Below are positions 19,246 to 29,898 of a DNA stretch of 64,000 nucleotides, one piece after another. Each line of letters starts with the position of its first letter. Position 1 is the stretch's first letter. The notes below the pieces were generated by a model, which was not told the DNA's origin, did no database searches, and saw only the letters and a list, made by a program, of their open reading frames with translations. The position numbers and the translations under genes were made by a program. Source of the stretch: Lachnospiraceae bacterium (GTDB lineage Bacteria > Bacillota > Clostridia > Lachnospirales > Lachnospiraceae); NCBI GenBank assembly GCA_021201095.1, contig JAJQFO010000123.1, positions 3,871 to 67,870 of the forward strand, read 5' to 3'.

Positions 19246-19900
19246 ACCGCATCTTCTTCATCAGCTTATCAATCGTATCGCGATGCGCGAGCACCATGAG
19301 ATGATCCCCATCCCGGATCATGGTCTGCGGATCAGGCATGAAATTTGTGTGCCCGTCCGAACTGATAATGCCGACAATATAGAGGCTGTGCCGGGCGCGG
19401 ATGTCGGAGGAGAGGATCGTCCTGCCGACCCAGTCCTTCATGGGCGTGATTTCGTAGATGGAATAGCCATCCTTCAGGTCGATGTAGTCAAAAATGTGGT
19501 CGTTGTTGTACTTCACAGCGGCTCTCATTGCAGCGCCCCGGTTCGGGTGAATGACCTCATCCGCGCCGTTCCGCAGCAGAAACTTTGCGTGCACTTCACT
19601 GCGCACCATGCTGACCACATATTTGGCGCCGAGATCCTTGAGCAGGCTGGTGATCTCCAGACTGCACTGGAAATTGCCGCTGATGCACACAAAACAAATG
19701 TCAAAATTGTCTACGCCGAGTTTTTTGAGGACACTCTCCCTGGTACAGTCCGCGATCAGACTGTCTGAGACGATATCGAGCAGATCCTCCATAGCAGTCT
19801 CATCCTGGTCCACGATCATAATCTCATTCTTTAAATTTGCCAGATCCCGGCACAGATAATGCCCAAAATCTCCCAGTCCGATGATTAAAATAGATTTCAT
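19244..19900 (-). CDS. ktrA: TrkA/KtrA potassium uptake regulatory subunit (RCK-N + RCK-C)
   Basis: IIGLGDFG Rossmann motif; GADEVIHP. Confidence 0.88.
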   Translation of the reverse strand: MKSILIIGLGDFGHYLCRDLANLKNEIMIVDQDETAMEDLLDIVSDSLIADCTRESVLKKLGVDNFDICFVCISGNFQCSLEITSLLKDLGAKYVVSMVRSEVHAKFLLRNGADEVIHPNRGAAMRAAVKYNNDHIFDYIDLKDGYSIYEITPMKDWVGRTILSSDIRARHSLYIVGIISSDGHTNFMPDPQTMIRDGDHLMVLAHRDTIDKLMKKMR

Positions 19901-20164
19901 AATGGCTTGCCTCCTTGTGTGTCGTGTGATTGAATATAGTCTGCTGGAAACGATAAAAACGATAAACTTGATTTCCTATTTCCAATTATCATAGGATGCC
20001 GATAACGTGATACATAAAAAGTCTGGTACAGAAATCTGATACTCATGGGCGGGCACAGGAATGACTGCTTTTGTATTCCTATGCTGATATAAAGTGAATT
20101 ATCAGACGATATTTGCTATGGCGCATAAATCGTAACTGTGAAGGTACTGAACAGTTACGATCAA

Positions 20165-21550
20165 TCACCCAACAATGATTTCCGCCTCCGGATAGCGGAT
20201 TTTGCCGGGACGTTTTTTCTCGGTAAAGGACATCGCGAAGGAAAGGCTGCCGACTCTGCCCAGGAACATCAGGATCATGATGACAATGCGGGAGAGGGTG
20301 TTCAGCTCGCGGGTCACGCCGGTCGACATCCCTACGGTGCCGATTGCGGAGAAGGCTTCAAACAGAACATCCGCCAGAGGCAGATCCTGTCCGATCAGCA
20401 GGATCAGGATCGCGGTAAGTGCCAGAAAATAATTGATAAATACAACCACGCTGGCCCGTTTCATCACGTCCGTTCCCAGTCTGCGCTGGAAGACGGTGAG
20501 ATCCTGGTTGCGCAGCAGGTAGGCCCGGATATAGAGCAGAATGACCACGATCGTGGTGGTCTTGACGCCGCCGGCCGTGGAGCCCGGGCTGCCGCCGATA
20601 AACATCAGGCACATGGTCAGAATCTTGCTGCCGTTGGTCAGAGCTGCCGTGTCTATTGTATTAAAACCGGCTGTCCTGGGGGTTACACTGGAGAACAGCG
20701 CGCACCAGAACCGCTCCCCGGCTCCCATCTGCGCAAAGAGATTGTTCCGCTCACTGATCAGAAAGAGGATGGTGCCTCCCACCGTCAGCGCGATGGTAGC
20801 GGTCAGGACGATTTTCGTCTGAAGAGCATAGCGGCGCCAATGCCAGCGGTTGGTCAGCAGGTCCTCCCAGACAATGAAGCCCAGGCCGCCGATCAGGATT
20901 AATAAAATCAGAACAAGATTGACCAGCGGGTCGGAAGCATACGCACAGAAGGAGGAATAGGGCTCCCGGAATCCCATCAGATCAAAGCCTGCGTTGCAGA
21001 ATGCGGAGATGGCATGAAAAATCCCATAGTAAATCCCCTTCGCCAGACCCATCTGAGGCACGAAGCGGATAGAGAGCAGAATGGCTCCAGATCCTTCGAA
21101 AAGCAGTGTGCCGCAGACGATGTGCCGTACCAGATGGACACTCCCGCGCAGCTGCAGCGTGCTCAGGCTCTCATGGATCAGCTCTCGTCCCGCCAGGCCG
21201 ATTTTTTTCCCCAGCAGAATCATGGCAAAGCTGCCGATGGTGATAAAACCAAGTCCGCCGATCTGGATCAGGGTAAGGAGTACCAGCTGCCCGAACATTG
21301 TCCAGTGCGACCAGGTATCGTACACGACCAGACCGGTCACACAGGTAGAGGAGACAGCAGTAAACAGCGCGCCGAGAAAGGTGGTCTGCTCGCCATTTCT
21401 GGTGGCAAAGGGCAGCATCAGAAGACACGCCCCGACCAGAATGATAATCAGAAATCCGCCCATGATCAGCCGTGTCCTTGAGAGGCGCATCCGGCACAGC
21501 GAATCTGGTATTTTGCGCAGTGAATCCAGTCTTTTGCGTAATGACTCCAT
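20165..21550 (-). CDS. ktrB: TrkH/KtrB potassium uptake membrane subunit
   Basis: TCVTGL, FCNAGF, RTAGF, MFIGGSPGSTAGGVKTTT, GTVGMS pore motifs. Confidence 0.9.
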   Translation of the reverse strand: MESLRKRLDSLRKIPDSLCRMRLSRTRLIMGGFLIIILVGACLLMLPFATRNGEQTTFLGALFTAVSSTCVTGLVVYDTWSHWTMFGQLVLLTLIQIGGLGFITIGSFAMILLGKKIGLAGRELIHESLSTLQLRGSVHLVRHIVCGTLLFEGSGAILLSIRFVPQMGLAKGIYYGIFHAISAFCNAGFDLMGFREPYSSFCAYASDPLVNLVLILLILIGGLGFIVWEDLLTNRWHWRRYALQTKIVLTATIALTVGGTILFLISERNNLFAQMGAGERFWCALFSSVTPRTAGFNTIDTAALTNGSKILTMCLMFIGGSPGSTAGGVKTTTIVVILLYIRAYLLRNQDLTVFQRRLGTDVMKRASVVVFINYFLALTAILILLIGQDLPLADVLFEAFSAIGTVGMSTGVTRELNTLSRIVIMILMFLGRVGSLSFAMSFTEKKRPGKIRYPEAEIIVG

Positions 21551-21601
21551 ACAGGTTAGTTCCTTCCGTGCGTAATTGTAACTGTTGTAATTATTGAAGA
21601 C

Positions 21602-21628
21602 CGTACCTCGCACCTGCTGCGAGGTACG
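21602..21628. repeat. Palindrome family C (GTACCTCGC…GCGAGGTAC)
   Basis: Perfect 11-bp arms; related sequences at 45933 and 56255. Confidence 0.55.
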
Positions 21629-21658
21629 TATGAAAATTATAGTATACGAACTGTTCGG

Positions 21659-22399
21659 TTAGTTTATCTGTTCCATTGTTTCCGACGTGGCGATGATCAT
21701 TCCGGGATTGCTGCTTTCTGCATCATCGCCATCGTAATAATACGCATAGCAGAGATCCCCTTCTGTATAGGAGCCGGACTCGGTGGATACTACAACACCC
21801 CAGGTAATCTGATTGGCCTCTTCTATATCTATTGCATCAGCGGAACCAAGCACCACGCGAATGGCTGCCAATGTCTGACAATAATAGTAATAGGAATAAA
21901 AAGGTAAGTTGGTTTCACTTACATCGTCTATTACGTTATCGGTCTCGTCGGTCCCAGTATCTTCCTCGTCATCAGCGGTTGCAGATTCCGCGTATGCGAT
22001 CCAGTAATCATAAGGAAAAACAAGGGTAACGATGGAAATATTTTCATCATCCTCGGAAAGGTAATAACCGTTCAGGTAAACCGGAAGCTGTACTAAGCCA
22101 TCTGATGCCTCAAGGGTGAGAGCCATGGTTGTTTCTGAATCTTCACTGTCTGCGCTGGCTTCATAGTGAATATTGTAGTCTTCCAGTGCCTGATTCAGGG
22201 CATTATAAAATTCAGTAAGGGTCATCCCTAATCCGGCGGTGGAAGGATCCGATGAATCGGACAACTCTGTCTTGCTTGATTCCGTGGCCGGGGAAGCGTC
22301 TGCTGAATCTGTCGTTTTCGTTGATCCGCAGGAACAAAGGCTGAGCATCAGGCTCAGACATAGGGCTGCTGACAGCAGGGATCTCATTTTCTTTTTCAT
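21659..22399 (-). CDS. Very acidic lipoprotein of unknown function
   Basis: Signal peptide with lipobox LCSC; Ser/Thr linker; D/E-rich; RBS GGGAGG. Confidence 0.7.
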   Translation of the reverse strand: MKKKMRSLLSAALCLSLMLSLCSCGSTKTTDSADASPATESSKTELSDSSDPSTAGLGMTLTEFYNALNQALEDYNIHYEASADSEDSETTMALTLEASDGLVQLPVYLNGYYLSEDDENISIVTLVFPYDYWIAYAESATADDEEDTGTDETDNVIDDVSETNLPFYSYYYYCQTLAAIRVVLGSADAIDIEEANQITWGVVVSTESGSYTEGDLCYAYYYDGDDAESSNPGMIIATSETMEQIN

Positions 22400-22669
22400 A
22401 ACTGTTTTCCTCCCAGGTTATTATGTAAGAATTCGCATCAACCGAAATAGATGCGATTACTCATAAAAATATCATTCTATTTATGCATTGTCAATAAGGT
22501 CAGGATTGAATCTTTGCCGCAGATTTTAAAGAAAAGCAGTTGCCACGGTTTGGACGAGGTGGTATATTTATGAGAAGAAACCGCTATCATGCTATGAAAT
22601 CTGCCCCAACAGATTTCTGACACTGGTGGGTTATGAAATGGATATACGATGGAACTGAGAGGACAGGAC

Positions 22670-23440
22670 ATGACGAATCTGGAATATCTTGTAGACTTTG
22701 CGCTGAAATTCGGCGAGCAGATGCTGATTTCCGGCGCAAATCTGGAGCGGGTCAATGACACAATTTACCGTATTTGCGACAGCTACGGCTGCCGGGAGGC
22801 TCATTTTTTTTCATTAAACTGTTACCTGACATTGAGCCTTCAGGACGAGGCAGGCTCTCGCGTGACTTCGCAGCGGTGCGTCCGCAGCGGGATGGACACG
22901 CATCTGGAAAATCTCTCGAAGCTGAATCAGCTCTCACGGCAGATCTGCGCAGAACAGCCGGCGCCGCAGGAGCTGGAAGGCCTCCTCAAAGAGGCGCTTG
23001 ATACCGAAACCTATTCCCCGCTGGTGCGCTGCGGAGGGTATCTGCTGGCATTTGCCAGCCTGACGCTGATTTTCGGCGGAAGCATTAAGGACCTGATCAC
23101 AGTGCTGCTTAACACCGTCCTGATGTACCTGGCGGGTATTTATCTGAAAAAACCTGGGGTCAACCGGATGGTATTCAACATTTTCAGTACCCTCATGGCG
23201 GGGACAGTCGCGATTTTGATGAGCAAAATCGGTATGGTGGACGATATCTATATCGTCATGATTGCAAACAGCATGATGCTGATTCCCGGTATTCAGATGG
23301 TCAATGCCTTTCGGAACCTTCTGTGCGGGAATGAAATCAATGGGGTACTCGAGGTGCTCAAAGCGACGCTGGAGACGATTGCAATCGTCGGCGGCTTTGT
23401 CCTTAGCATTTATCTTTTCGGAGGGCTGATTCCATGGTAA
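22670..23440 (+). CDS. Threonine/serine exporter ThrE family, N-terminal subunit
   Basis: LISGANLERVNDT, LNQLSRQI, LIPG motifs (ORF track start 22649). Confidence 0.8.
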   Translation: MTNLEYLVDFALKFGEQMLISGANLERVNDTIYRICDSYGCREAHFFSLNCYLTLSLQDEAGSRVTSQRCVRSGMDTHLENLSKLNQLSRQICAEQPAPQELEGLLKEALDTETYSPLVRCGGYLLAFASLTLIFGGSIKDLITVLLNTVLMYLAGIYLKKPGVNRMVFNIFSTLMAGTVAILMSKIGMVDDIYIVMIANSMMLIPGIQMVNAFRNLLCGNEINGVLEVLKATLETIAIVGGFVLSIYLFGGLIPW

Positions 23441-23898
23441 ACGCAATCAAATTGATTATCTGCTCCTTCGGAGCCTCTCTTGGGTTCGGAATTGTGTTCC
23501 GGATCCAGAAAAAATACCTGCTCTATGCGGGACTTGGCGGCGCACTTACGAGATGTGTCTATCTGCTTCTGCTGAATTTTATTTCAGAGAGCTTTATCTA
23601 TAGCTTCCTGGCGGCCATGGCTGCCGCGCTTTACGCAGAGTTTATGGCGGTGCGTGCAAAGACTCCGTCTACGGTTTTTCTGTATCCGTCGATCATTCCT
23701 CTGATCCCGGGAGATCTGCTTTATTATTCCATTGTCGGTCTGATTTTGCAGGACACCGAGCGCATCAGCCAGAATGCGGTAAAATGTGTCCACTCTTTGC
23801 TGGGACTGGGGATTGGGTTTGTCATTGTGTCGATGGTGATGTATTATCGGAGACATCTGAAGCTTCATAAAAAGAGACAGGCGCAGAGCAATGCATAA
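23434..23898 (+). CDS. Threonine/serine exporter ThrE_2 family small subunit
   Basis: IIPLIPG motif; coupled to the upstream ThrE gene. Confidence 0.8.
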   Translation: MVNAIKLIICSFGASLGFGIVFRIQKKYLLYAGLGGALTRCVYLLLLNFISESFIYSFLAAMAAALYAEFMAVRAKTPSTVFLYPSIIPLIPGDLLYYSIVGLILQDTERISQNAVKCVHSLLGLGIGFVIVSMVMYYRRHLKLHKKRQAQSNA

Positions 23899-23971
23899 AG
23901 ACAGGAAAATTCAGAGGGATAAAAACACACAGTCCAATTAAAAAATAAGAACAGAAAAGGAAGCATGCCAA

Positions 23972-24745
23972 ATGGTACATTTTGTGGGCGCCGGCAGCGG
24001 CGCGGCAGATCTGATCACAGTGCGGGGCAGCCGCCTGCTCTCGGAAGCGGATGTGATCATTTACGCGGGTTCGCTGGTGAATCCGGCACTTTTGGAAGGG
24101 AAAAAGGAATCCTGTGTAGTCTATGACAGCGCGAAGATGACGCTGGAGGAAGTCATATCGGTGATGCGGGACGCGGAAGGAAAAGGCCTTACTACGGTGC
24201 GCCTTCATACAGGCGACCCCTGCGTATACGGCGCAATCCGCGAGCAGCTGGATCTTCTGGACAAAGCCGGGATTGCCTATGATTACTGCCCGGGCGTGAG
24301 TGCGTTCTGCGGCGCAGCTTCGGCATTAAATATGGAATATACGCTGCCGGGCATTTCGCAGACAGTGATTATTACGAGGATGGCGGGAAGGACGCCGGTG
24401 CCGGAAAAGGAAGAGATCGCCTCCCTTGCCTCCCATGGCGCGACGATGGTGATTTTTCTGAGTACGGGAATGCTCGAACGCTTGAGTGAGCGGCTGATGG
24501 CTGGCGGATATGCAGCAGATACTCCGGCTGCGATTGTTTACAAAGCTACCTGGCCGGACGAGCGCAGCTATATTTGCACAGTGTCGACCCTTGCGCAGTG
24601 TGCGCGGGAAAATCAGGTCACCAAGACAGCGCTGATCATAGTCGGCGAGACCGTTGCTCAGGCCGGGTACGACCGCTCGAAGCTGTATCATCCCGCCTTT
24701 ACGACGGAATTTCGCGCTGCAGCGGAAGGACAGGAGTCTGATTAA
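23972..24745 (+). CDS. cobM: Precorrin-4/cobalt-precorrin-4 C11-methyltransferase
   Basis: VHFVGAGSGAADLITVRG, RLHTGDP, YKATWPDE, SKLYHPAFTTEFR. Confidence 0.9.
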   Translation: MVHFVGAGSGAADLITVRGSRLLSEADVIIYAGSLVNPALLEGKKESCVVYDSAKMTLEEVISVMRDAEGKGLTTVRLHTGDPCVYGAIREQLDLLDKAGIAYDYCPGVSAFCGAASALNMEYTLPGISQTVIITRMAGRTPVPEKEEIASLASHGATMVIFLSTGMLERLSERLMAGGYAADTPAAIVYKATWPDERSYICTVSTLAQCARENQVTKTALIIVGETVAQAGYDRSKLYHPAFTTEFRAAAEGQESD

Positions 24746-24924
24746 GGAAAAGATCTCTGTGAAGACTGTGCTGTGCATTTACAGACATAGAGTTACTGCA
24801 GACAGAAGGCTTCCTGAGAAGCATATGCTGCAACGAAGCAAAGGGGCAGGAATGAGATGTATACATTCTAAAGTTACGACCCTTGGAAAAAGGAATGATT
24901 GAAAATAGAGAGGAAACGTAAAAA

Positions 24925-25959
24925 ATGGCAGATCAGGATAAAAAGAAAAAACGAGGCGGACATCGGAGGATACTCATCGGTACGCTGATCGTTCTGGCAG
25001 TGCTGCTGATTCTGGCAGGCGGCGCGGCATTTGCGGTGAATCATCTGATGAGCAGCATCGGCGAGATTGAAGAGGTGGAGCTGCTGGATCCGGAGTCGGA
25101 GGACTTTGAAACAGACGAGGACGCCGGGGAGGACAGCATGACGCCGGAGGAGGTCGAGTGGCCGGAGGATGTCGAGGAGACGGAAGCAAGCAGCGGCGTG
25201 ACAAATATTCTGCTTATCGGCCAGGACACCCGTACAGCAGGAGCGAGAGAGCGCTCTGACTCCATGATTATCATTTCAATTAATGACGATACAAATGAAG
25301 TGAATATGATCTCCATCATGCGTGACCTTTATGTGCAGATCCCGGGATATTCTGACAACCGGATCAATGCCGCCTATCAGTTTGGCGGTGCCAGTCTGCT
25401 GGATGAGGTGATCGAGAAAAATTTCGGCGTTACGATTGATTATAATGTCGAGATCGATTTTACCGGTTTCGAGAGTGTCATTGATTTGCTGGGAGGAGTT
25501 GACATTACCCTCACTTCGACAGAGGCTTCTTATTTTCAGGCGCAGGGATACAGCGTGACCGAGGGTACGAATCACGTATATGGTGAATTCGCGCTGGTCT
25601 ATGCGCGGACCCGCTATGTCTCTACGGCGACGGAAGCGAATGATTTTGGCCGGACGCAGCGGCAGCGCGCGGTGATCACAAGCCTCTTTAACGCATATAT
25701 AGATGTCAGCCTCACGACAAAGATCGCGCTGCTGGATGATATTCTGGAACTGATTTCAACGGATATGTCGAACACGGAGATTCTCTCTTTGCTGTATCTG
25801 GCGCAGTCGATGGATTTAGATGAGCTGGGCTCTTATCGGATACCGGTTGACGGCTCTTACACGAATCAAACGATCCGGGGGATGAGCGTCCTCGTGCCGG
25901 ATCTGACGGTGAACCGGGCGGCGCTTCAGGAGATGATTGCCGGGACCTATGAAGAGTAG
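24925..25959 (+). CDS. LCP (LytR-CpsA-Psr) family protein
   Basis: Single TM; NILLIGQD, RSDSMI, SIMRD, RINAAY, DFGRTQRQR. Confidence 0.9.
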   Translation: MADQDKKKKRGGHRRILIGTLIVLAVLLILAGGAAFAVNHLMSSIGEIEEVELLDPESEDFETDEDAGEDSMTPEEVEWPEDVEETEASSGVTNILLIGQDTRTAGARERSDSMIIISINDDTNEVNMISIMRDLYVQIPGYSDNRINAAYQFGGASLLDEVIEKNFGVTIDYNVEIDFTGFESVIDLLGGVDITLTSTEASYFQAQGYSVTEGTNHVYGEFALVYARTRYVSTATEANDFGRTQRQRAVITSLFNAYIDVSLTTKIALLDDILELISTDMSNTEILSLLYLAQSMDLDELGSYRIPVDGSYTNQTIRGMSVLVPDLTVNRAALQEMIAGTYEE

Positions 25960-26068
25960 TAAGTGCCCGTTACAAGTCACACCTGCAGAGCGGAAAACAT
26001 CGTAAATTTGATCAAGGTGTGACTTGCGGTAAGTGCCCCGCATGGACAGCTTTCTGGAAAATCAGGTG

Positions 26069-26096
26069 TTGACAAACCGATTTGACATGTTATACT
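26069..26096 (+). promoter_or_regulatory. Promoter of the T-box leader
   Basis: TTGACA-16 nt-TATACT with TG extension. Confidence 0.6.
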
Positions 26097-26129
26097 GGTG
26101 AAAGTGAAAAAAAGGAACTGCATATTTTT

Positions 26130-26342
26130 AACACGTTGAAGAGAAGAGTAGAGTGTGGAAGCATCCAGAGAGAGGACGGCTGCTGGAAAGTCCTTATGCG
26201 GAATCATTTGAAAACTGCCTCTGAGTGGCCCCAATCCGGTCCGGTGACTCCGTTATCGTCAAATGAGTAAAAAACAGGGTGGAACCGCGGTATTGTATGA
26301 TCGCCCCTGACAGTCCGGATGGGCTGTCAGGGGCTTTTTTTC
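26130..26342 (+). promoter_or_regulatory. T-box riboswitch, threonine specifier (ACU)
   Basis: AGTA/AGAGA and GCTG-GAA stem I motifs; ACT at 26214-16; T-box AGGGTGGAACCGCG (~26276-89); terminator gcccctgacag…ctgtcaggggc-T7; thrS downstream. Confidence 0.88.
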
Positions 26343-26453
26343 TGTTTTCAATAGCTTCGTGATTCACCTGGCGGAAATCCCCTTTTGCCGGTAAAGAGCA
26401 AAGAGAATCTGGCATGTCCCAAAAGATGACTGCTTATGCCGGCTTACACGGAA

Positions 26454-26550
26454 GCGGCTTTCATTGGATCATATGTCCGTACTCGCAAAGCGAGTATGGA
26501 CGCAGGCCGCGCCAATCGCGCAGCGATTTTCAGTTGCGCGGCTTTCATTG
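26454..26550. repeat. Dispersed hairpin element family B with 13-bp terminal direct repeat
   Basis: gcggctttcattg at both ends; GTCCGTACTCGC-AAA-GCGAGTATGGAC and AATCGC-GCA-GCGATT hairpins; relative at 63501-63739. Confidence 0.75.
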
Positions 26551-26593
26551 TATCAGTTTTTGAAAAAATTCAGCATCAGAAAAGGAGAGGTTT

Positions 26594-26827
26594 ATGAAAG
26601 AAAAATGTAAAGTGTTAAAAACAGTCTTTTTGTCAGACTGGACGCCGATGGAAAAGATTCTGCTTTTGATCGATGTCCTGCTTTTCGGCATCCTGCTCGG
26701 ATGGCTGACGTCGCCGCTGAAAAACGGGCTCAGCTTTTTCAGCAACAATTCCTGGGATGACCACTCGGTGGACGGTCTTGAGCTTGAAGATGATGAAGAC
26801 TGGGAAGATGAGGATGACGAAGATTAA
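26594..26827 (+). CDS. Small single-TM protein with acidic tail
   Basis: RBS AAAGGAG; one hydrophobic helix; D/E-rich C-terminus. Confidence 0.65.
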   Translation: MKEKCKVLKTVFLSDWTPMEKILLLIDVLLFGILLGWLTSPLKNGLSFFSNNSWDDHSVDGLELEDDEDWEDEDDED

Positions 26828-27082
26828 GCGGGCGGAGAAAAGAGAAGAAGGGCGGCCTGTCTCTGGAACGATGAAAAGACTGACGGCCTTCACTGGCAAC
26901 AGAAAAGAAAGGTTTAAAACGGATAACCATATAGACCAGAAGGAATTTGCGGCATTTGCGCCGGAAAATTTCGATCGACAGCGAGCAGCGAAGCTGCGAG
27001 TGCGAAGCACGGAGCAATCCGTAGTATCATGACCTTTTGTCACTCAAATCATTATATTAATATAACCAGGAGGACACAGAAA

Positions 27083-28987
27083 ATGATTATCACATTGAAG
27101 GATGGATCAACCAGAGAGTATGCGCAGCCGATGTCAGCCATTGACATCGCGAAGGATATCAGCGAGGGCCTCGCGCGTGTGGCGACGCTGGCCGAGATCA
27201 ATGGCGAGGAGGCGGATCTGCGCACGGTCATTGACGCAGACTGCGAGCTGAACATTCTGACCTTTGACAGCCCTCAGGGCGCCGCGGCGTTCCGCCATAC
27301 GACCTCACACATTATGGCGCAGGCAATCAAGCGTCTGTACCCGGATGTCAAGCTTGCCATCGGACCGTCCATCGCAGATGGATTTTACTATGATATTGAC
27401 AGTGAGAAGCCGATCACGCCGGAGGATCTGGAGAAGATCGAGGCAGAGATGAAGAAGATCGTCAAGGAAGGCCTGCCGCTGACTCGCTTTACGAAGCCCA
27501 GGGAAGAGGCGATCGCTTATTTCAAAGAAAAGGATGAGCCGTACAAGGTGGAGCTGATTGAAGATCTGCCGGAGGATGCCGAGATCAGCTTTTATCAGCA
27601 GGGCGAGTTCGTCGACCTCTGCGCGGGACCGCATCTGATGAGCACAAAGCCGGTAAAGGCATTTAAGCTGACCAGTATTGCAGGCGCTTACTGGAGAGGT
27701 TCAGAGAAAAATAAAATGCTCACCCGTATTTATGGTACCTCATTTACGAAAAAAGCGGATCTGGATGCTTACCTGACCCGTATGGAGGAAGCGAAAAAGC
27801 GTGATCACAGAAAGCTTGGCAAGCAGCTCGGCCTGTTCATGATGGCGGACGAGGGTCCCGGATTTCCATTTTTCCTGCCGAACGGCATGATTCTGAAAAA
27901 TACACTTCTGGATTACTGGAGAGAAATCCATACAAAGGCGGGTTATGTAGAAATTTCCACGCCGATTATCCTGAATCGCCAGCTCTGGGAGACCTCTGGA
28001 CACTGGGATCATTATAAGGAAAATATGTATACCACCGTCATCGACGATGAGGATTATGCGATCAAGCCGATGAACTGCCCGGGCGGCGTGCTGGTCTATA
28101 AATCAGAGCCTCGCTCCTACCGTGACCTGCCGCTTCGTATGGGCGAGCTGGGCATCGTACACCGCCACGAGAAGTCCGGACAGCTGCATGGCCTGATGCG
28201 TGTGCGCTGCTTCACTCAGGATGATGCGCATATTTTCATGACGCCGGAGCAGATCCGCGGCGAGATCAAAGGTGTGGTCAATCTGATCGATGAGGTTTAC
28301 CAGCTGTTTGGCTTTAAATATCACGTAGAGCTCTCTACCCGCCCGGAAAATTCCATGGGCAGCGACGAAGACTGGGAGATGGCGACTGACGGCCTGCGCG
28401 GAGCACTAGATGAGCTTGGACTGGACTATGTGGTCAATGAGGGAGACGGCGCATTTTATGGTCCGAAGATTGATTTCCATCTGGAGGACTCCATCGGCAG
28501 GACCTGGCAGTGCGGCACCATTCAGCTTGACTTCCAGCTGCCGCAGCGCTTCGAGTGCGAGTATATCGGCGCGGACGGCGAGAAGCACCGCCCGATCATG
28601 ATCCACCGCGTGGCGTTTGGCTCTATCGAGCGTTTCATCGGTATCCTGATCGAGCATTTCGCGGGCGCGTTCCCGACCTGGCTCTCCCCGGAGCAGGTGC
28701 GCATCCTGCCGATCTCGGATAAGTATATTGATTACGCAAATCAGGTAAAGGATGCTCTGCGTGCGGAAAAAATCCGCGCAAATGTCGATACCCGCGCAGA
28801 GAAGATCGGCTACAAGATCCGCGAGGCGCAGATCGCGAAGACTCCGTATATGCTTGTCGTCGGCGCGAAGGAAGAGGAAGAAGGACTGGTCTCTGTCAGA
28901 AGCCGCTCGGAGGGCGACAAGGGACAGAGCACTCTGAAAGACTTTACGGCCGCAATCAAAGAAGAAATCGCGACCAGGGCGAGATAA
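27083..28987 (+). CDS. thrS: Threonine--tRNA ligase
   Basis: TGS domain, DLCAGPH, DHRKLG, KPMNCP, GAFYGPKID, MIHR; RBS AGGAGG. Confidence 0.97.
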   Translation: MIITLKDGSTREYAQPMSAIDIAKDISEGLARVATLAEINGEEADLRTVIDADCELNILTFDSPQGAAAFRHTTSHIMAQAIKRLYPDVKLAIGPSIADGFYYDIDSEKPITPEDLEKIEAEMKKIVKEGLPLTRFTKPREEAIAYFKEKDEPYKVELIEDLPEDAEISFYQQGEFVDLCAGPHLMSTKPVKAFKLTSIAGAYWRGSEKNKMLTRIYGTSFTKKADLDAYLTRMEEAKKRDHRKLGKQLGLFMMADEGPGFPFFLPNGMILKNTLLDYWREIHTKAGYVEISTPIILNRQLWETSGHWDHYKENMYTTVIDDEDYAIKPMNCPGGVLVYKSEPRSYRDLPLRMGELGIVHRHEKSGQLHGLMRVRCFTQDDAHIFMTPEQIRGEIKGVVNLIDEVYQLFGFKYHVELSTRPENSMGSDEDWEMATDGLRGALDELGLDYVVNEGDGAFYGPKIDFHLEDSIGRTWQCGTIQLDFQLPQRFECEYIGADGEKHRPIMIHRVAFGSIERFIGILIEHFAGAFPTWLSPEQVRILPISDKYIDYANQVKDALRAEKIRANVDTRAEKIGYKIREAQIAKTPYMLVVGAKEEEEGLVSVRSRSEGDKGQSTLKDFTAAIKEEIATRAR

Positions 28988-29166
28988 TCTTGTATTTAAG
29001 TATAACTGTGCCGGCGGCAGCCAGGTTTCCTTATGATACATGCGGAGATAGAGGCATGACTGCCGCCATATTTTCTCCTGGCTTTGTCAGGATCGCATAC
29101 GCTCTATGCGGGACTGGACGGACAAGGTTGGGGCTGCAGCAGAGATATCAAGGAGTATAAAAATTT

Positions 29167-29772
29167 ATGATAGCGATTCTGGATTATGATGCGGGTAACC
29201 TGCGGAGCGTGGAAAAAGCACTGGCCTCTCTGGGGCAGGAAACGGTGATCACACGAGACCGGGACGAGATTCTCAATGCGGATAAGGTGATATTGCCTGG
29301 GGTCGGTGCGTTTGGAGACGCGATGGGCAAGCTGCATCAATATGGCCTGGCGGATGTAATCCGCGAGGTCACAGACCGCGGCACTCCGTTTCTGGGGATC
29401 TGCCTGGGACTGCAGCTTTTGTTTGAGTCGAGCGAAGAGTCACCCGGAGTGCCGGGCCTTGACATCTGTAAAGGACAGATTCTGCGGATTCCGGACAAGG
29501 AGGGACTGAAGATCCCGCACATGGGCTGGAATTCCCTGACCTTTGACCATCCGGGGCGCCTGTTTGCGGGCATCCCGGAGGAGTCTTATGTGTATTTTGT
29601 CCATTCCTATTATCTGAAGGCGGAGGATCCTCAGATTGTAAAGGCTTCCACCCATTATTCGGTGCCGATTCATGCTTCCATCGAGCAGGGAAATGTCTTT
29701 GCCTGCCAGTTTCACCCGGAGAAAAGCAGTCAGGTGGGGCTGGCGATTCTGAAGAATTTTATTGCAGTTTAG
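29167..29772 (+). CDS. hisH: Imidazole glycerol phosphate synthase glutaminase subunit
   Basis: PGVGAF, GICLG, PHMGWN, YFVHSY, QFHPEKS. Confidence 0.95.
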   Translation: MIAILDYDAGNLRSVEKALASLGQETVITRDRDEILNADKVILPGVGAFGDAMGKLHQYGLADVIREVTDRGTPFLGICLGLQLLFESSEESPGVPGLDICKGQILRIPDKEGLKIPHMGWNSLTFDHPGRLFAGIPEESYVYFVHSYYLKAEDPQIVKASTHYSVPIHASIEQGNVFACQFHPEKSSQVGLAILKNFIAV

Positions 29773-29898
29773 CGCTCCTGGAACAGGTTTTCTGAAGGTT
29801 CTGCTGCGTGGTAATTTTTAGGAGTTTTTTCCGCGCCGGGGAGACATAGCATTTTAAGGATAGTATAGTAAACAGCCGCATAAAGGAGAGTCAAATCA

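Noticed and set aside
19900-21660. c-di-AMP (ydaO) riboswitch controlling ktrAB
   Set aside because: I could not find the ydaO consensus upstream of ktrB or in the ktrB-ktrA gap.
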